Positions 7,772 to 21,507 of a stretch of 64,000 bases of DNA are shown piece after piece. The notes under the pieces are model-generated. The model saw nothing but the letters and a program-made list of their open reading frames with translations, was not told where the DNA came from and did not search any database. The DNA is from an uncultured Gemmatimonadales bacterium (GTDB lineage: Bacteria > Gemmatimonadota > Gemmatimonadetes > Longimicrobiales > RSA9). Location of the stretch: the NCBI GenBank assembly GCA_963816355.1, contig CAWFKH010000003.1:1504001-1568000 (forward strand). The letters run 5' to 3'. The translations under genes were made by a program, and so were the position numbers. Each line of letters opens with the position of its first letter. Position 1 is the stretch's first letter.

Positions 7772-9505
7772 CTACTTCCCCGCCCCGCCCGCCTCGTAGA
7801 CGACGCGGCCGCCGACGATCGTGTAGAGCACCTTGGTGCCCGGGATGCTGTCGGGCGGCACCGCCATGATGTCGCGGTCCAGGACGACGATGTCGGCGAG
7901 CTTGCCGGCCGTGAGCGAGCCCTTCCGGCCCTCCTCGAACGCGGCGTAGGCGTTGGAGAGGGTGTAGGAGCGGAGCGCCTCGGCGCGGCTCATCACCTGC
8001 GCCGGGAAGAACTCGGATCCATCCTTCAGCTTGCGCGTGACGGAGCAGTAGAATCCGGGAATCGGGTTCGCGTCCTCGACCGGCGTGTCGGTGCCGTTGA
8101 GCACGACCGCGCCGGAGCGCAGCAGCGACTGCCAGACGTAGGCGCCCTCGCGCGCGCGCTGCTCGCCGAGGCGGCGCACGACGTAGGGCCCATCCGAGCA
8201 CGCGTGCAGCGCCTGCATCGAGGCGATCACGCCCATCTGGCCGAAGCGCGGGATGTCCTGCGGGCTGAGGTGCTGCGCGTGCTCAATGCGCCAGCGCAGG
8301 TCGCGCGCTTCGGGGTGCTCCTGGAAGACCTGTTGGAAGACGTCGAGCGTCTCGCGGTTGGCGCGGTCGCCGATCGCGTGCACGGCCACCTGCATGCTGT
8401 CCCGCAACGCGATCTCGGCCATCTTCCGGATCGTGTCCATGGGCGTGACGTTCAGGCCGGTGGCGCCGGGCAGGTCGCTGTACGGCTCGAGCATCCACGC
8501 GCTGTGCGTTCCCAGCGCGCCGTCGGACGTGACCTCCCCGATGGCGCGGACGGTGAGATGGCCGCCGCCGTAGCCGATGGTGCGGTAGTCGGCGAGGTGC
8601 TGGTCGAGCGAGGCGGGAGATTCGCCGTCGACGAGGACGTAGAGGCGCAGGGGAACGACGCCCTGATCGACCATCCGCTTCAGGAAGTCGATCGTAGCGA
8701 ACGTCTCGCCCTGGTCCTGGAAGCTGGTAATCCCCTTCGAGATCGCGTCCTGCGACGCCAGCTCGACCTGGCGCTTCAACTCCGCCTCCTGCTGCTCCGG
8801 CGTCCGGTTCTCCTGCATCGCGCGGCTCACCAGGCCGACGGCCCGATCGCGCAGCATGCCGATCGCGACGCCAGCCCGGTCGCGCACGATCTCGCCCCCC
8901 TCCGGGTCCGCGGTGCGCGGCCCGATCCCCGCCAGCTCGAGCGCCTTCGCGTTGGCGAAGGCCCCGTGGCCGCTGGCGTGCGTGAGCAGCACCGGATTGT
9001 CCGGCGAGACGCGGCTGAGCCCGGTGTTGTAGGGGAGCCCCTCGACGTTCGGCTGCGGCGCGTGGTCCCACTTCTCCTGGTGCCAGCCGCGGCCGAGGAT
9101 CCACTCGCCCGGCTTCGCCTTCTTCGCCGCGTCCGCGACCATCGCGACGATGTCGTCCCAGCTGCGCGCCTTCGTCAGGTCCAGCTCCATCAGCGAGCGG
9201 CCGAGTCCCATGAAGTGGCCGTGGCCTTCGATGAAGCCGGGGATCGCGAGCTGACCGCCGAGGTCGATGACCCGCGTCCCCGGCCCGACGTAGGGCGCGA
9301 TCTCCTCGTCGCTCCCGACCGCCACGATCGTGTCGCCCGCGACCGCGATCGCCTGCGCTTCCGGGTGCACCGAGTCGACCGTGACGACGTGGCCGTTGCG
9401 CAGCACCAGGTCCGCCTGCGGCGGCGCGGCCGCGCCGCAGCCGAGGACGCCCGAGACCAGCATCAACGCGCCCAGGACCGATCCGGTCGTCGTCGTGCTC
9501 CGCAT
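7772..9505 (-). CDS. amidohydrolase (YtcJ/Amidohydro_3 family), probable lipoprotein
   Basis: PGFIEGHGH, HAIGDRA, RIEHAQ, GTD, GKLADIVVLD motifs; start could also be 9520. Confidence 0.9.
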   Translation of the reverse strand: MRSTTTTGSVLGALMLVSGVLGCGAAAPPQADLVLRNGHVVTVDSVHPEAQAIAVAGDTIVAVGSDEEIAPYVGPGTRVIDLGGQLAIPGFIEGHGHFMGLGRSLMELDLTKARSWDDIVAMVADAAKKAKPGEWILGRGWHQEKWDHAPQPNVEGLPYNTGLSRVSPDNPVLLTHASGHGAFANAKALELAGIGPRTADPEGGEIVRDRAGVAIGMLRDRAVGLVSRAMQENRTPEQQEAELKRQVELASQDAISKGITSFQDQGETFATIDFLKRMVDQGVVPLRLYVLVDGESPASLDQHLADYRTIGYGGGHLTVRAIGEVTSDGALGTHSAWMLEPYSDLPGATGLNVTPMDTIRKMAEIALRDSMQVAVHAIGDRANRETLDVFQQVFQEHPEARDLRWRIEHAQHLSPQDIPRFGQMGVIASMQALHACSDGPYVVRRLGEQRAREGAYVWQSLLRSGAVVLNGTDTPVEDANPIPGFYCSVTRKLKDGSEFFPAQVMSRAEALRSYTLSNAYAAFEEGRKGSLTAGKLADIVVLDRDIMAVPPDSIPGTKVLYTIVGGRVVYEAGGAGK

Positions 9506-9652
9506 CGCCGCTCGCTCCATCGCAGGGGATCTCGTGTGGGTTCGAAGTGCGGAGAAGGTGCCGCGGCCGGGGCGCGCCACGCAAGGGCCGCGCGACGCAC
9601 CGTTCAGCTCAGGAGAGCGGGGCCGTGAGCTCGGGAGAGTGGGGCCGCGACC

Positions 9653-10636
9653 TCAGGAGAACGAGCGGTACGCCTCCTCGACCAGCTCCAGATCGCGGCG
9701 CGCTCGCTCGAGCGTCATGCGCGGCGCCCGACCGCTCCGCAGCACGTCGACGAAATCGGCGAACATCGCGCGGTAGCCGGAGATGTCCCGGAAGCCCGGG
9801 AACGAGATTCGCCGCCGTCGCCCCCACACCGAGAGCGCGACGCCGTTCGACTCGAACGCGATCGTCCCCCGCGAGCCGTAGATGCGCGAGATGCGCAGGC
9901 CGCGAAGGGGCGAAGGTTGGTCCCAGGAGAAGTAGAGCGTGCCGACCGCTCCGCCTTCGTAGTGGAAGACGACGACGGCGCTGCGCTCGCCGCTGGCGCT
10001 CCGCTCGCCGCCGGCGCCGGGCCGCCACGCGTGCACCGCGGCGACGTCGAGCCCGAGGCCGTTCATGAAGCTGACCCAGTGGATGCCGCCCTCGAAGAGC
10101 GCGCCGCCGCCCGCGAGCTCCGGCTCGTCGCGCCAGTCGCCGGTCGTCTGGGACTTCATCGCGTTCACGTAGAGGACCCGTACGTCGCCGATGGCGCCCT
10201 CGGCGAGCAACTCGCGGAGGCGGCCGAGCAGCGGCTTGTAGAAGTAGTTCTCCGCGACGAGCACGCGGACGCCCGCCCGCGCCGCCGCGGCGCCGGCGCG
10301 GTCGAGGGCGGCGGTGTCGAGGAAGGCGGGCTTCTCGACGATCACGTGCTTCCCCGCCCCGACCGCCGCCAGCGTCGGCTCGAGGTGCAGCGCGGGCGGC
10401 GTGGCGACGAAGACGGCGTCGACGCGCGGATCGGATAGGGCGGCATCGAGGTCCGGAAAGGCGCCGGCGCCGCCGAAGCGCTCGCGGTACGCATCGGCGC
10501 GGCGGGGGTCGCGGCTGACGTAGAAGCGGTCGACGCCGTCGGAGCCGCGGAGGGTGCGGCTGTGCATGCGCGTGGCGGCGCCGCACCCGAGGAAGGCGAT
10601 GCCGAGCTTCGTCGCGTTGGTCTCGGGGCGTGTCAT
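9653..10636 (-). CDS. Gfo/Idh/MocA family oxidoreductase
   Basis: IAFLGCG Rossmann start, GKHVIVEKP, GGGALFEGGIH. Confidence 0.9.
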   Translation of the reverse strand: MTRPETNATKLGIAFLGCGAATRMHSRTLRGSDGVDRFYVSRDPRRADAYRERFGGAGAFPDLDAALSDPRVDAVFVATPPALHLEPTLAAVGAGKHVIVEKPAFLDTAALDRAGAAAARAGVRVLVAENYFYKPLLGRLRELLAEGAIGDVRVLYVNAMKSQTTGDWRDEPELAGGGALFEGGIHWVSFMNGLGLDVAAVHAWRPGAGGERSASGERSAVVVFHYEGGAVGTLYFSWDQPSPLRGLRISRIYGSRGTIAFESNGVALSVWGRRRRISFPGFRDISGYRAMFADFVDVLRSGRAPRMTLERARRDLELVEEAYRSFS

Positions 10637-12261
10637 CCCGACTCCCCGGCGAGGTGGTGGCCGATGCGCAGCGCGTTGGCCGCGATCGTGAGACTCGGGT
10701 TCAGCCCCGCGGAGCGGGGGAGGAAGCTGCCGTCGACGACGTACAGATTGTCCATGCCGCGGAATCGGCCGAAGCGATCGAGCGCCGAATAGCGCGGATC
10801 GTCGCCGGCGCGCACGGTTCCGCAGGCGTGCGAGAAGGTGTCGATCTCGTGGCGGTAGCAGAGGCGCGCACCCGCTGTGCGAAGGATACGCCGCGCCGCG
10901 CGCATCAGCACGCGGCGCGCGGCGAGGTCGCGGCGGGAGTACCGGTGGTGGATCGTCGCGCGCGGCAGGCCGAGACGGTCGCGGCCGCCCTCGAGCGCGA
11001 CGAAGTTCGACGCGCGCGGCTCGTCCTCGGCGATGGCGAGCAGGCCGGTGAGGTGGCGCAGCAGCCCCCCGACCGGGGCGCCGATCCAGGAGGGCAGCTT
11101 GCCGGCCGCGTAGGCGGGAGCGGGCGTAGACACCTGCTGGAGGTTGCCCAGCTTGCCGGCGGGCGCGCCGTCCTCGTCCGCGCCGAAATACAGATCGTTG
11201 ATCCCGATCTGCTTGTGGAACTCGTCGGCGCCCGGCAGCCGCGTGAAGAGGCCGTATACGCTGCCGTTGCAGTGGCGCATGAGGTAACGTCCGACCACGT
11301 GGCCGCCCGGATTGCGCGCCTGCAGTGCGGAGGCAAGGATCAGGTGCGGCGTCGCGAGCGCGCCGGCGGCGAGGACGACGAGCGGCGCACGGAAGAGGAG
11401 GCGCTCGCCGGTGGCGATGTCGACCGCTGCCACCGCCTCGACGCGCCCGCGCCGCGCGAGCAGCCGGGCCGCCGCCGTACGCGGCCGCAGGTCGAGACCG
11501 CGCTGAACGAGCGGCGCGAGCACGCCGACCGCCAGGTCGTTCTTGGATCGGATGGCGCAGGGGAAGCCGTCGCACGTGTCGCAACGGATGCAGTCGGGAC
11601 GCGACGCGACGCCGCCGAAGTTGATCGCGAGCGGCAGACGGAACGGCTGGTAGCCGAGCGCGCCCGCCGCGTCCGCGATCCGCTCCGCCACTCTCGCGAG
11701 CGGGGGCACGCGGTCCGGGTAGCCGCCGCTGCGGGGCGGCTCGAGCGGATCTTCGCCCGCCGCACCCGCGACGCCGATGATGCGCTCCGCCTCGGCGTAG
11801 TACGGCTCGAGCTCGGCGTAGTCGATCGGCCAGCGAGAGAGAGGCGGCGGCGCGATCGCGGAGTCTGCCTCGAAGTCCTCGGGGCGGAATCGGATGGAGA
11901 CGCCGCCATAGAACACGGAAGGTCCGCCCACGCAGTGGAACGTGCCGGCCGTCGTCGTTCGCCGCTTGCCGTTGCGGACGCGGTAGCCCGGCTCGCGCGT
12001 GAAGTGTCGCGTCTCGTCGCCGAGGCCGGCCGACCCCCAGTTCTCGGGCCCGCGCTCGACCCAGTCGCCGCGTTCGAGCAGGAGCACCCGCCGCCCCGTC
12101 CGCACCAGTGCGTGCGCCGCCATCGCGCCGCCGAAGCCGCTGCCGACGACGATCGCGTCCCATCCGGGCTGCGTGGGGGGGCGACCGGGGCGCTGCCGCG
12201 CTCGCCGTGGGGCGACGGAGCGCTCGCCCGCCCCCTCACGCGGGCTGTTCGCTCGGCGCAT
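10633..12261 (-). CDS. GMC family FAD oxidoreductase
   Basis: DAIVVGSGFGG, VGGPSVFYG, CxxCxxCxGxxC, LAAGALATP, HACGT, NPSLTIAANA; start uncertain. Confidence 0.88.
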   Translation of the reverse strand: MRRANSPREGAGERSVAPRRARQRPGRPPTQPGWDAIVVGSGFGGAMAAHALVRTGRRVLLLERGDWVERGPENWGSAGLGDETRHFTREPGYRVRNGKRRTTTAGTFHCVGGPSVFYGGVSIRFRPEDFEADSAIAPPPLSRWPIDYAELEPYYAEAERIIGVAGAAGEDPLEPPRSGGYPDRVPPLARVAERIADAAGALGYQPFRLPLAINFGGVASRPDCIRCDTCDGFPCAIRSKNDLAVGVLAPLVQRGLDLRPRTAAARLLARRGRVEAVAAVDIATGERLLFRAPLVVLAAGALATPHLILASALQARNPGGHVVGRYLMRHCNGSVYGLFTRLPGADEFHKQIGINDLYFGADEDGAPAGKLGNLQQVSTPAPAYAAGKLPSWIGAPVGGLLRHLTGLLAIAEDEPRASNFVALEGGRDRLGLPRATIHHRYSRRDLAARRVLMRAARRILRTAGARLCYRHEIDTFSHACGTVRAGDDPRYSALDRFGRFRGMDNLYVVDGSFLPRSAGLNPSLTIAANALRIGHHLAGESG

Positions 12262-13192
12262 CGCGGCGACTGAAGATGGAGGTGAAACGGTGGCCGCCCA
12301 CGACGAGGCCGGTGACCGCGACGAGCGGCACGACCTGCACGGCCTGGAGCACGATGCCGGACACCACCGCGCGCGCCGGATCGACCCCGAAAGGCAGCAG
12401 CGCGAGGGCGATCGAGCCCTGCATGACGCCGACGTTCGCGGGCGTGAAGCGGAAGAGCCACGCGACATTGGATACGACGACGGCGGTGAAGGCGCCGGCG
12501 AGCCCGACGTGGACGCCGGCCGCGAGGAAGACCAGGTGGTAGGCCGCCCACTGCAGCGTCCAGTGGCCGAGCGCCAGGCCCAGCGCGAGCGGGATCCGGC
12601 CGCCCTCGGACGGGATCCGCTTCATCAGGTCGACGGGGCGGCGGCAGAAGTCCGGGAGGCAGATGCCGTGGTTCACGCGGCTGAAGAAGATGTAGGCGCC
12701 GATGCCCGCGGCCAGCAGGATCGCGGCGCCCACGTGCACCTGCTCGGCGCGCCGCGGCAGGGGCAGCGCCACCGGCACGAGCACCACCATCCCGATGCCG
12801 GCGACGAGCTGCAGAAAGCGGCTCCATGCGATGCCCGCCGCGGCGATCCCCGCCGGCACGCCGTCCGCGTCGCCAATGTACTTCACGCGCGCCCCTTCGC
12901 CCGCCACCGCGAGAGAGAGCGTGGCGATGGCGGCGCCGAGCAGGCTCGCCTGGAGCGCCGTCCACCACCGGCTCGTCGCGGCGGGCTCGAGCAGCACGTG
13001 CCACTCCGCGGCGCGAAGCGCGGTCGATCCGATGTGCGCCGCGGCCGCCAGTGCCAGCAGCCACCAGTCCGCCTGGGCCAGGGCGGCGCCGGTCTGGGTC
13101 CAGGGGAAGTGCCACACCGCGTAGACGGCGTAGGCGGCGATCGCGACTCCGACGATGCGGATCGCCCAGCGGAAGAAGCTCGCTTTCGTCAT
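12236..13192 (-). CDS. lysylphosphatidylglycerol synthase TM / UPF0104 flippase-like membrane protein
   Basis: Multiple TM helices, LRAAEW, GEGARV, TPANVGVMQG motifs. Confidence 0.8.
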   Translation of the reverse strand: MTKASFFRWAIRIVGVAIAAYAVYAVWHFPWTQTGAALAQADWWLLALAAAAHIGSTALRAAEWHVLLEPAATSRWWTALQASLLGAAIATLSLAVAGEGARVKYIGDADGVPAGIAAAGIAWSRFLQLVAGIGMVVLVPVALPLPRRAEQVHVGAAILLAAGIGAYIFFSRVNHGICLPDFCRRPVDLMKRIPSEGGRIPLALGLALGHWTLQWAAYHLVFLAAGVHVGLAGAFTAVVVSNVAWLFRFTPANVGVMQGSIALALLPFGVDPARAVVSGIVLQAVQVVPLVAVTGLVVGGHRFTSIFSRRDAPSEQPA

Positions 13193-13309
13193 GGCCGCTT
13201 TCCAGAGCAGGAAAGGGGCCAGAGCGGGAGGGTGTCTCGGTGGCAACGCCTACGCGGGCAACATCCTACGGGTGGTGCCCTCGCAGCTCGCTACGCGGCG
13301 CCGGCGCGC

Positions 13310-13602
13310 TCAGCGCGTGCTGTCGCGCGCGGTGTCGGCGAAGCGGTAGAGACGCTCGTCGCGGCCCACCATGCCGTATCGCTCGCGGGCGAGGCGCTCG
13401 AGCGAGGCGCGGTCGTGCTCGAGGGAGTCGAGCCGCGCACGAAGGAGCGCGTTCTCCTCCTTGACGGAGTCGAGCCGGCTCGCTTCCTGGCGGCGCTCGT
13501 GCTCGATGCGGTGGACGTCGAGCATGGAGTACTCGCCGCCGAAGAAGGCGTAGTAGAGGGCGGCGCCGGCGGCGACCGGCAGGAAGAGGCGGCGCAGGCG
13601 CA

Positions 13603-13603
<1 letters not shown>
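13310..13603 (-). CDS. ftsB: septum formation initiator FtsB/DivIC
   Basis: TM + coiled coil + LERLARERYGM; directly downstream of eno. Confidence 0.85.
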
Positions 13604-16716
<3,113 letters not shown>

Positions 16717-16720
<4 letters not shown>

Positions 16721-18306
16721 CAGCGCGGCGGCTGGTCGAAGAGGACGAACGGGAGTGCCAGGTCGGAAACGGCCGCGCCCGGTCTCGCCCACGCCTCCGG
16801 ATACGCCGCGGCCACGTCCCCGGAGAGGAGCGCGGGGCCGCGGCACGCGATGTCCGCCGCGCGCGACGCGAGGAAGAGGCCGGCCGCCGCCGCGTCGCGG
16901 GCGTCGAGACCGGCGCCGAGCAGCGCGCCCACCGCGCCGCTCAGATGGTCCCCCATGCCGGCGGTGGCGAGATCGGAGGAGCCGACCGTGTTGAGCAGCA
17001 GGGGGCGGTCCCGCGCGGCGACGATCGACGGCTGTCCCTTCAGCAGCACGACCGCGCCGGTGGACGCGGCGAGCTCGCGCGCTGCGTCGAGGCGCGCGTC
17101 CACGATCTCGCCGGTCGAGCGGCCGAGCAGGCGCCCCATCTCGCCCGGGTGCGGCGTCAGGACGAGCGGGCGCGCGGCGGCGATCGCCTCGAGCTCGTCC
17201 AGCCGGCCGGCGAAGAGCGTCAACGCGTCGGCGTCGAGCAGCACGGCGCCGTCCGGACGTCCGGCGAGGGCGCCCTCGAGCGCCCGGCGCGCGGCGTCGT
17301 CGGTGCCAATGCCGGGTCCCGCGATCAGCGCGTCGGAGTCGGCGGCGGCGGCCGCGAGCGCGGCCGCGTCGTCGCGGTCGACGAAGATCGCATCGGGGAG
17401 GGTGCCCTGCAGGACGACGCGGTTGGCCGGGACCGACGCGACACGGGTGTAGCCGGCGCCGCCCCGAAGCGCGCCGCGGGCGCAGATCACGGCCGCACCC
17501 GCGACTCCCTCCCGCCCGACGAGCAGGAGGACCTTGCCGGCGGTGCCCTTGTGCGCGTCGGGAGGCCGCCGCGGCAGCCGCGCCTCCACCCACCGCGGCG
17601 TGATCAGCGCCGCACCCGGCTCTGCGTCGAAAGGTGGAAAGCCGATCTCGACCGCCACGATGCGGCCGCACCGCGCACGCGCCGGGTGCAGCAGCAGGCC
17701 GAGCTTCGGATGGCCGAACGTCACCGTCGCCGCCGCCCGAACGGCCGCGCCGGGGACACCGCCGGTCGTGGGATCGACGCCGGAGGGCAGGTCGAGCGCG
17801 ACCACCGGGGGGCCCGCCTCGTTCAGCCGCGAAATCCAGCCCGCCGCCGGCTCCCGCGCCGCGCCGTGCGCGCCGGTGCCGAGGATCCCGTCGACCAGCA
17901 CCGACGCCGCCGCGAGCGCGCCCGGAGCCGCCGCCGCCTCCAGTTCCGGCAGGTCGTGCCCGTGGAGCAGAGCCGCGTCCGGGCGCTTCGCCGACGCCGC
18001 CACCCACGCGACGTCGCGCCCCCACGTGCGCAGCGCGCGCACGGCCACCAGCGCGTCGCCGCCATTGTTGCCCGCCCCCACCGCCGCGACCACGCGGCCG
18101 CGCGGGTACAGCCTGTCGATCAACTGCGCCGCGGCCCGCCCCGCGCTTTCCATCAGCACGCCGTCGGGGACGCCGTGCGCGTCGCGCGCCCGACGATCGA
18201 GATCCGCCGCCTCGGCGGCCGTCAACGCATGAACGGGGTCGGTGCCGTACACCGCCCGATCGGCGGTGAACGGCAGCGACCCCGGGTCAGGCTGCGTCGC
18301 TCGCAT
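16717..18306 (-). CDS. nnr: bifunctional NAD(P)H-hydrate epimerase/dehydratase
   Basis: LMESAG, GNNGGDA, DLPSG, HKGTAG, LDADAL, LTPHPGE, LATAGMGD. Confidence 0.93.
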
Positions 18307-18380
18307 CGTCCCCTCTCACCGGGCGCGCCGGCCGGGTGGGCGGCGACCCACGCGGCGGCCGCGCCGGCCGCCGCGCCGCC

Positions 18381-18575
18381 TCATTTGTAGCTCTGACTGA
18401 TCGTACGGCCGAAGCTGATCTCGCCGTTGTCGATCCGGATGTTGAAGCCGCAATCCGGATTCGAGCAGACCCAGGCCTTGTACGTTATGGGCGCCCCATC
18501 GCGTCCGTAGTCGGAGAGCGGGAGCATCTGCCCCTGCTCGCACTTCCGGCAGGTCGGAAGCCGTTCGTCCTCCAT
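18381..18575 (-). CDS. small zinc-ribbon-like protein (CxxC...CxxxxC)
   Basis: CRKC...WVCSNPDCGFNIRIDNG; strong RBS GAGGGGAGG. Confidence 0.8.
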   Translation of the reverse strand: MEDERLPTCRKCEQGQMLPLSDYGRDGAPITYKAWVCSNPDCGFNIRIDNGEISFGRTISQSYK

Positions 18576-18658
18576 ATTTCCCCCTCCCCTCGACATGGTC
18601 GCTCCGCACCGACGGCCACACCGGCCGAGCGCGGCCGCAGGGCCCTGCCCGCATCAGC

Positions 18659-18673
18659 GCAAGGCACGTTCCA
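18659..18673 (-). promoter_or_regulatory. sigma-54-type promoter motif upstream of the small zinc-ribbon gene
   Basis: TGGAACGTGCCTTGC on minus strand. Confidence 0.6.
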
Positions 18674-18702
18674 TTCCCGGCGTCGCCCGCCGGGACCCAC
18701 CC

Positions 18703-19080
18703 TCAGATGCCGCTCCCCCACGGGTAGTCGCGGTCGAACGCATCCGCGAAATCGTAGACTTCGCGGAAGTCGTGGGGCGAATCCGTCTCCTCCTTGATCA
18801 GGACGCCGCACTCGACGAGCGCGAACACGATCGCGCCGAAATCGCCGGTCGAGCAGATGCCCCAGTGCTCGAGGACGGTCCGTGCCATGGGTCCGAACTG
18901 GCGCAGCGCAAGGTCGCGCGCGCCCTCGGCCAGCTCGCGCCCGCTGATGTGGCGCGGCTCATCGAGGCGCTCGATCACGTCGTGCAGCGCGGCGAGCATG
19001 AAGACGTAGGCGTCGTCATGATAGCGCGGCTCGCGCCGCCGCAACTGCTCCAGAGTCGTCTCGTCGATGATGCCGTTCAT
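18703..19080 (-). CDS. Minf_1886 family (Verrucomicrobia/Planctomycetes-type) conserved protein
   Basis: RHISGREL...FGPMARTVLEHWGI..TGDFGAIVF.LVE.G signature. Confidence 0.8.
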   Translation of the reverse strand: MNGIIDETTLEQLRRREPRYHDDAYVFMLAALHDVIERLDEPRHISGRELAEGARDLALRQFGPMARTVLEHWGICSTGDFGAIVFALVECGVLIKEETDSPHDFREVYDFADAFDRDYPWGSGI

Positions 19081-19105
19081 GCCGCTTCTTCCGGACCACT
19101 CGCGC

Positions 19106-20371
19106 TCAGCCGGCCGTCGTCCGCCGGATCTCGGCGTAAAGGGGGAACCCCTCGGCCAGAGCGCGGACGGCGTCACGCACGCGCCGCGCCACCGCATCCT
19201 CCTCCGGCGCCTCCAGCACGTCGGCGATCCAGCCGCCGATCGTCCGCATCTCCGTCTCCCGCATGCCGCGCGTGGTCAGCGCCGCCGTTCCGATGCGGAT
19301 GCCGGAAGTCACGAAGGGCGAGCGCGTCTCGCCGGGCACCGTGTTCTTGTTCACCGTGATCCCCGCGCGCTCGAGCGCCGCTTCCGCCGCCTTGCCGGTG
19401 AGGTCGGAGCCCACGAAGCTCACCAGCAGCAGGTGGTTGTCGGTGCCGCCGCTGACGAGCGTGAAGCCGCGCTCCGCCAGCGCGTCCGCGAGCGCGCGCG
19501 CGTTCGCGACCACCTGCTGCGCGTACCCCCGGAACGATGGGTCCAACGCCTCCTTGAACGCAACCGCCTTGGCGGCGATCACGTGCATCAGCGGCCCCCC
19601 CTGCATTCCCGGGAAGACCTGCTTGTCGATCGCCTTCGCGTGCGCCTCGCGGCACACGACGAATCCGCTGCGCGGCCCGCGCAGCGTCTTGTGCGTCGTC
19701 GAAGTGACGACGCCGGCGTGCGGCACCGGGCTCGGGTGCACGCCGGCGGCGACGAGACCGGCGATGTGCGCCATGTCCACGACGAGCGTCGCGTCCACTT
19801 CGGCGGCGATGCCGCCGAACGCCGCGAAGTCGAGGGTGCGCGGGTAGGCGCTCGCCCCGGCGACGATCACCTTCGGCCGCACCTCGCGCGCCTGCTCGCG
19901 CAGCCGGTCGTAGTCGATGCGGCCGTCGTCCTCGCGGACGCCGTAGGCGCTCACGTCGTAGAGGCGGCCACTGAAGTTGACGGGCGAGCCGTGGGTGAGA
20001 TGACCGCCGTGGCTGAGGTTCATGCCCAGCAGGCGGTCGCCCGGCTCCATCAGCGCGAAGTACGCGGCCATGTTCGCCTGCGCGCCGGAATGCGGCTGGA
20101 CGTTGGCGTGGTCGGCGCCGAAGAGGCGGAGGCAGCGCTCGATCGCCAGCCTCTCGGCGACGTCGACCTCTTCGCAGCCGCCGTAGTAGCGCCGGTCCGG
20201 GTATCCCTCGGCGTACTTGTTGGTGAGGACGGAGCCCATCGCCTCCATCACGGCGGGCGAGGTGAAGTTCTCGCTCGCGATCAGCTCGAGGGTGGCGTGC
20301 TGGCGCTCCGCCTCGCGATGCAGGACGTGGAGGATCTCCGGATCGGTCCGCCGCAGCGCCTCGTATTCCAT
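19106..20371 (-). CDS. glyA: serine hydroxymethyltransferase
   Basis: [24 protein letters not shown]. Confidence 0.98.
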   Translation of the reverse strand: MEYEALRRTDPEILHVLHREAERQHATLELIASENFTSPAVMEAMGSVLTNKYAEGYPDRRYYGGCEEVDVAERLAIERCLRLFGADHANVQPHSGAQANMAAYFALMEPGDRLLGMNLSHGGHLTHGSPVNFSGRLYDVSAYGVREDDGRIDYDRLREQAREVRPKVIVAGASAYPRTLDFAAFGGIAAEVDATLVVDMAHIAGLVAAGVHPSPVPHAGVVTSTTHKTLRGPRSGFVVCREAHAKAIDKQVFPGMQGGPLMHVIAAKAVAFKEALDPSFRGYAQQVVANARALADALAERGFTLVSGGTDNHLLLVSFVGSDLTGKAAEAALERAGITVNKNTVPGETRSPFVTSGIRIGTAALTTRGMRETEMRTIGGWIADVLEAPEEDAVARRVRDAVRALAEGFPLYAEIRRTTAG

Positions 20372-20376
20372 CCGCG

Positions 20377-21432
20377 TCACACCCAGGTGCGCTTGATCTT
20401 GCCGACCTGCTCGATCCGCCGCTCCGCCAAGCGGTCCGCCGCCAGGTACGTGGGCAGGTTCTGCTCCTTCGCGAGCTCGAAGAGCTGATCGAGCGTGCCG
20501 TAGATCTCGCCCGCCTTGCTGTGCGAGCGCTCCGGCCCCCAGCCGTTCAGCTCGCCGTACACGTTGATCAGGCCACCCGCGTTGATCACGTAGTCGGGCG
20601 CGTAGAGGATCCCCCGCTCGTGCAACGCGTCGCCGTGGCGCGGCTCCGCGAGCTGGTTGTTCGCCGCACCCGCGATCACCTGGAAGTGGAACTGGGGCAG
20701 CGTCTCGTCGTTGACAACCGCGCCCAGAGCGCACGGCGCGAAGATCTTCGCGTCGACGCCGTAGATCGCGTCGGGCGCCACGCCTTCCGCGCCGAATTCG
20801 CTCACGATTCGGCGCACGCGCTCGGCGTCGATGTCGGTGACGACGAGCTCGGCGCCATCCTCGTGCAGATATCGGCAGACGTAGTAGCCGACGTGGCCGA
20901 CGCCCTGGACGGCGACGCGGACGCCGCTCAGGTCGTCACTGCCGAGCGCTTCCTTCGCGCTCGCCTTGAGGCCGCGGAAGACGCCGAACGCCGTCACGGG
21001 CGAGGGGTCGCCGGAGCGGCCGGCGATGCCGGTCACGTGCTCCGTCTCCATGTGCACGAACTCCATGTCCTCCACGCTCGTGCCCACGTCCTCGGCGGTG
21101 ATGTAGCGGCCGCCGAGCGACTCGACGAAGCGGCCGTGGGCGCGGAAGAGCAGCTCCCGCCGACGCAACCGGTTGTCGCCGAGGATGACCGACTTGCCGC
21201 CGCCCAGGTTGAGGCCCGCCACCGCGGCCTTGTACGTCATCCCTCGGGCGAGGCGCAGCGCGTCGATGATCGCTTCCTCGTCGGTGCGATAGTTCCAGAA
21301 TCGCGTGCCGCCGAGCGCCGGCCCCAACGTCGTGTCGTGGATCGCGATGATCCCGCGATAGCCGGCGGCCGGCTCCGAACTGAAGACGATCTGTTCGTGC
21401 CCGTGCTGCGCCATCGTCTCGAAGATGTCCAT
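20377..21432 (-). CDS. leucine dehydrogenase (Glu/Leu/Phe/Val dehydrogenase)
   Basis: [36 protein letters not shown]. Confidence 0.93.
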   Translation of the reverse strand: MDIFETMAQHGHEQIVFSSEPAAGYRGIIAIHDTTLGPALGGTRFWNYRTDEEAIIDALRLARGMTYKAAVAGLNLGGGKSVILGDNRLRRRELLFRAHGRFVESLGGRYITAEDVGTSVEDMEFVHMETEHVTGIAGRSGDPSPVTAFGVFRGLKASAKEALGSDDLSGVRVAVQGVGHVGYYVCRYLHEDGAELVVTDIDAERVRRIVSEFGAEGVAPDAIYGVDAKIFAPCALGAVVNDETLPQFHFQVIAGAANNQLAEPRHGDALHERGILYAPDYVINAGGLINVYGELNGWGPERSHSKAGEIYGTLDQLFELAKEQNLPTYLAADRLAERRIEQVGKIKRTWV

Positions 21433-21507
21433 TGCGTCTCCTTGCAGTGCTCCGGCGGGCCCGCGCTCGCCGGCGATCGGCGGAAGGGATCGTCTATCGG
21501 GTCGCTC

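Noticed and set aside
9581..9595. TTGC-containing motifs upstream of the amidohydrolase (and similar at ~7178-7192 and ~60423-60437) as sigma-54 promoters
   Set aside because: The invariant GG(-24) or GC(-12) dinucleotide is missing at the required spacing
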